DNA of 64,000 nt from Desulfobacterales bacterium (GTDB lineage: Bacteria > Desulfobacterota > Desulfobacteria > Desulfobacterales > UBA5852). The stretch lies in NCBI GenBank assembly GCA_963674755.2, contig CAXXVS010000002.1, forward strand, positions 1,824,001 through 1,888,000, read 5' to 3'. The position numbers were made by a program, and so were the translations under genes. The notes under the pieces are model-generated. The model had not been told where the DNA came from. It saw nothing but the letters and a program-made list of their open reading frames with translations, and searched no databases. Each line of letters opens with the position of its first letter. The first letter of the stretch is position 1. Below are positions 60,454-64,000 of the stretch, in pieces.

Positions 60454-61266
60454 TTAAGCTTCGGTTAATTCGGTAGCGCAGGAATAAGGGATTAGAGATC
60501 CTGTTAGTGCATCCCGCCAGATTTTTTCGCGATGGGCGGCTTCATACACGTCTTTCTCATCGGGAATTTTCTCCGCCACGTAGCCAACAATCCGTAATTC
60601 TTCCTCTGTAAGTGGTTCAGCTTCAATCATATCCGAATCTTTAATCGCTTTCACCAGATCTCTGTAATTATTCAACTGGGGACCATAGGTGATGGCGGCG
60701 TAGCTGGCACCTGTCAGGCCTGTGCCCAACTGGCGGAATGCCAGCATGTCGGCATACCAGAGATACTTGGCCAGGAATAACATCTTGTCGCCGGATTTAA
60801 GCAGGCGCTTTCCTAAAATTTGTTCAAACGTTTTTGCAACCAGCTTGATCCGGGGAAGACTTATCTCCCGGTTGCCGGTGTAGTTGTCAGCGCTGATATT
60901 GCATTGCAACTGCATCCGCAAGGCATGATCCATCGATTTGCTCTGAACCATGCCCGTCTCCCAGCGCTTGATGCTGGCAATACCGACATTCATCCTATCG
61001 GCCAGCTGCTGCTGGGTGAGTCCCTTCGCCTCGCGCAGGGATTTGATCTCCTGGCCGGTGAGTAAATCAACCTTGGCCCGGTAGGCATCGGCAATCGCGC
61101 GCTGCACCGCACCGGCCGACTGAACCGTCCCGGCCTCCAGGCCGCATTCCGGGCAGGTGTAAACCTCCACCGCGATGGCGATATCAACGCCTTTATAAGT
61201 CATTTCCTTTTGAACCGTATTTAATCCCATCGGTCCGTGACCTTTTGGGCAATTGAGGGTTTTCAT
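60454..61266 (-). CDS. Antitoxin: MqsA-like Zn ribbon + XRE HTH + Panacea/SocA-like (DUF4065) domain
   Basis: 'CPKGH...CPECG', 'GLTQQQLA....IASIKRWE', 'KYLWYAD.LAF....LTGASY....YGP'. Confidence 0.85.
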   Translation of the reverse strand: MKTLNCPKGHGPMGLNTVQKEMTYKGVDIAIAVEVYTCPECGLEAGTVQSAGAVQRAIADAYRAKVDLLTGQEIKSLREAKGLTQQQLADRMNVGIASIKRWETGMVQSKSMDHALRMQLQCNISADNYTGNREISLPRIKLVAKTFEQILGKRLLKSGDKMLFLAKYLWYADMLAFRQLGTGLTGASYAAITYGPQLNNYRDLVKAIKDSDMIEAEPLTEEELRIVGYVAEKIPDEKDVYEAAHREKIWRDALTGSLIPYSCATELTEA

Positions 61267-61343
61267 ACATCCTCCTTCATTGGCCGGTCCGGCTGAAGCG
61301 ACACAAGCCAAAACATCTCATTCTGCAGGGCAAACTTATGGTA
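61263..61343 (-). pseudogene. 3' remnant of the cognate (MqsR/RelE-like) toxin gene
   Basis: YHKFALQNEMFWLVSLQPDRPMKEDV* ends in an ATGA overlap with the antitoxin start; in-frame stop immediately upstream. Confidence 0.55.
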
Positions 61344-61355
61344 TCAATTGATACC
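61340..61355. promoter_or_regulatory. Perfect 16-bp palindrome, candidate antitoxin operator
   Basis: GGTATCAATTGATACC lies between minus-strand TTGATA (-35-like) and CATAAG (-10-like). Confidence 0.55.
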
Positions 61356-61429
61356 TTATCAAGTGAATTTGGGGTGAGCCACTTCGATATTCTTGGCGAT
61401 CCTGGCGTGGGTAAAGATGGTCTTAGGGA

Positions 61430-62271
61430 TTAAATTCTGTGTCCATTTTTGGCCTCTCCCTGCAAAGTGTAGCCCTCCTCGTTTGCTATAACTCTCCCCA
61501 GACGGGCCGCACGGCTGACGACCGATTGATTGAGACCAAGGCGCCTGGCTATATCGATGGTGGTGAGTCCGAGATCGTTGTGGGCGAAATGGCAGATCAA
61601 ACGCCTGGCCAGAACGCTTTTAGGGGTTTTGTCGCGGGTCAGAACCGTGGATTCGACCACATTCAATAATTCCGCGACACGGCTGACAACCTTTTCGAAA
61701 TCCAATCCCAGTGATCGCAGACGGGTATGCCGGGCCAGTTGTTCGTTGGCCCCGGCAAGCATCGCTTCCACAAAGTCGGAATCGCCCAAGACACGCTCGT
61801 CACCTTTCAATCGAACCCCGGCCTTCCGCAGTTTCTTGACGGTATCCCAGCCGCCGACGCTTCGAATAAGGCCTCCTTCGACCAGTCGCGCCCGCAGAGG
61901 ATTCAAGTGGATATAGCGCACAAGTTCCTTCAGGTACTTGTCTTCCTGGCAGAGGATGGATTTGTAGCGGTTCTGAAAGAGCGGTCCGTGCCGGCGGTAG
62001 TTGCGGTTGAAACTGACCGCATATCCGGTCAGCAGGCGCTGCATGACGCTGGCGATCGGCACCTCGCTCGATCTCAGCAGCAGGTGAACATGATTGGGAA
62101 TCAGCGCCCAGGCCAGGCATTGGGTACCGGTCTCGGTTATGAGAGTCGCGAGCCGATCGATAAACCCTCGCCGATCCACGTCGGAGCGAAAGATCTTGCG
62201 GCGTTCGATCCCTCGGACGATGATGTGGTGCACCGCCCCCTGGGAGCATCGATGCGGGCGCTACGCGGCAT
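61430..62271 (-). pseudogene. Y1 (HUH) tyrosine transposase, REP-associated/IS200-like with C-terminal HTH; frameshifted
   Basis: MPRSARIDA from 62271, then a frameshift in the cccaggggg run before 'HHIIVRG'; HUH 'NHVHLL', 'YIHLNP'; apparent internal deletion. Confidence 0.8.
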
Positions 62272-62326
62272 AAAGAAATGGTGCCAGATCAGGCAGGTTT
62301 AATACCATGCAGCCCCCCCTCCCCCT

Positions 62327-63568
62327 CTAATCCCCCAGCACATCGAGTTTCGGACCGAGAATTTTAGCGACAAACCGGTCGCCGGAAACATCATTTTCCA
62401 CGAGGGCGCGAATGCGTGCGAGGATCTCGCCCCGGCAGCCAGCATTGTGGGCCGCCTCCACTGAGAACTCATAGGCCTCGCGAACATCGCGAGCGGTGAT
62501 CTCATACCCGTAACCCGCAATCAGCCAGCGCAGGGCTGCTATACCGGCTTCGAGGGCAAAGCGCGGATCCGCATGCCGCATGTCGCGCGCCGCGCGGGTG
62601 AGCGTCTTGGGGTCGCAAGGGGTGCGGTTGGCAAGGTCGATGGCCTCCCGATACAGGCCGGCTGATTTGGCGGCCGCAAACCACTTCCCCTCGTTCCCGG
62701 GGGTACTCGCCACCAGGTCGGATAGGATGGCATGGGCCGCTTTACCGGGATACTTTTTTGCAATGGCGCGGAAGGTCGCCAGGTAGGTGGTCTTCTGGTT
62801 GGCCGCGATGGCGTAGCGCTGATAAGCTTCGTCCATCAGGCCGCTTGACAGTAGAATCTCCTCGCAGGCTGCGGCGATGGCGGTCGGACTCTCGTTAAGG
62901 CTTCCCGATTCTTCGGCATAGCGAAGGGCCTCGGCTTTCCGCCCCATGGCCACCAGGGCTTTAACGCCCCATTTGCGCTCGTGCCAGAATCGGTGAGGCG
63001 CAAGATCGAGCAGTTCGAGAAGTTCCTCGTGGCGTCCGGCCGAAAACAGGGCACTCAGGCAGGCCGGGGTGCCCTTGAAATAGCTCCCGATCATGCGCCG
63101 GCTCTCGGACCAGGTGACGTGCACCGGCGTCTTCAGTTCATCAGCCCAATCGGAAGCCAGTTCCGGGGTTTGGCACAGCTTGCCCCAGTGTTCCGGAAGC
63201 AATTCGATATAGGGGATATCGTCTTCCTCGATGGCTTTCCACAGCCGGTCAAGCCATTTGCGGCGGACGTTTTCCGCCACAGGGGCCCGGGCGATGATAG
63301 AGGCCAGGGTCTCGACGGCATTGTTGACGGCCGTCCCGATGGCGCCGGAGGAGCTGTCCACATGCGCCAGGGCCGGCGACACTTTTTCCAAGAACAGCAC
63401 CGCTCCTTCGGCACCGGAAACAGGATCCTTCCGGGCCACGGATTTGATTTCCGCAACCGCCTCCTTTACCCGCTGGACGGCCACCTGGGAACGCCAGCCA
63501 AAGGCGTGGCGCCGGAAACGACTCGTGAATGTCCATTTGTGTTTCTCTGCGCGTGTCACAGGTTCCAA
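62327..63568 (-). CDS. Hypothetical helical protein
   Basis: Long clean ORF 'KWTFTSRFRRHAFGWRS...GKWFAAAK'; no catalytic motif recognised. Confidence 0.75.
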   Translation of the reverse strand: MEPVTRAEKHKWTFTSRFRRHAFGWRSQVAVQRVKEAVAEIKSVARKDPVSGAEGAVLFLEKVSPALAHVDSSSGAIGTAVNNAVETLASIIARAPVAENVRRKWLDRLWKAIEEDDIPYIELLPEHWGKLCQTPELASDWADELKTPVHVTWSESRRMIGSYFKGTPACLSALFSAGRHEELLELLDLAPHRFWHERKWGVKALVAMGRKAEALRYAEESGSLNESPTAIAAACEEILLSSGLMDEAYQRYAIAANQKTTYLATFRAIAKKYPGKAAHAILSDLVASTPGNEGKWFAAAKSAGLYREAIDLANRTPCDPKTLTRAARDMRHADPRFALEAGIAALRWLIAGYGYEITARDVREAYEFSVEAAHNAGCRGEILARIRALVENDVSGDRFVAKILGPKLDVLGD

Positions 63569-63808
63569 CTCACCTTGGCGGTTTCAAAGAAAACATAAGA
63601 CAGGAACTGTTGTATGCGGCGGGGTAGAAACTAACAGGAAGAGCGGGGATAGTAAAGCATAATAACATAGACGTTATATATTGAAATAGTTAGAGAATAT
63701 ACCTCCGAGAGTAGCAAAAAGAGAAGTAATTATCGCCTTGAAAAGAAAATAGCCTCCAGGTAGCACAAAGGTGGACAAACCTTCAACACGAGCTACGAGG
63801 AGGCTATT

Positions 63809-64000
63809 ATGAACAACAGAGAAGTTAGCAGGTACGAGGAATACTGTCAATTTCGCTCCACTGTGCGCGGCCGCCGGGATTATCTGCTCGTAGGCATCGA
63901 TGTGGCCAAGGAACGCCACCATGCCTTCTTCGGCACCGCCACCGGCAAAACGCTGCTAAAGCGGCTGATCTTTGACAACGACCGCACCGGTTTCGAGCAG
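63809..64000 (+). mobile_element. IS110-family transposase (recombinase), N-terminus; truncated by the window end and absent from the ORF track
   Basis: MNNREVSRYEEYCQFRSTVRGRRDYLLVGIDVAKERHHAFFG...FDNDRTGFEQ; DEDD first motif GIDVAK; GAGGAGG RBS. Confidence 0.9.

Overview
A GC-rich bacterial chromosomal window. Gene style and content suggest a Desulfobacterales-like deltaproteobacterium (inference). From left to right: (i) an accessory block with a c-di-GMP-I (GEMM) riboswitch in front of a membrane NERD nuclease and TPR pair, a MIF tautomerase, a hybrid kinase, and a compact three-gene cassette built around a divergent GHKL/MORC-type ATPase plus two unknown proteins (the best candidate for an undescribed defence or DNA-handling system); (ii) a signal-peptide Rhs toxin with an AT-rich C-terminus carrying a permuted papain-like His...NC motif, an ankyrin immunity gene and a sigma54 promoter; (iii) csp plus a small basic ORF missed by the ORF track, an old yellow enzyme, an Ldt-lipoprotein-Ldt envelope module, and a site-2 protease divergent from ECF sigma/anti-sigma/Spy; (iv) a complete xylose isomerase pathway (xylFHG-galM / xylR-xylA-xylB); (v) a large acyl-CoA catabolic cluster with a LIV-type ABC transporter and a BKACE enzyme; (vi) a sigma54-controlled amino-acid ABC and saccharopine-dehydrogenase-like operon with three tandem enhancer palindromes; (vii) a decayed mobile region containing a possible orphan IS110-type non-coding end, REP-like repeats, a second orphan c-di-GMP riboswitch, an antitoxin whose toxin has been deleted, a Y1 transposase pseudogene and the start of an IS110 transposase. 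No rRNA, tRNA or CRISPR array was seen. All calls come from motif reading by eye; no database search was run.
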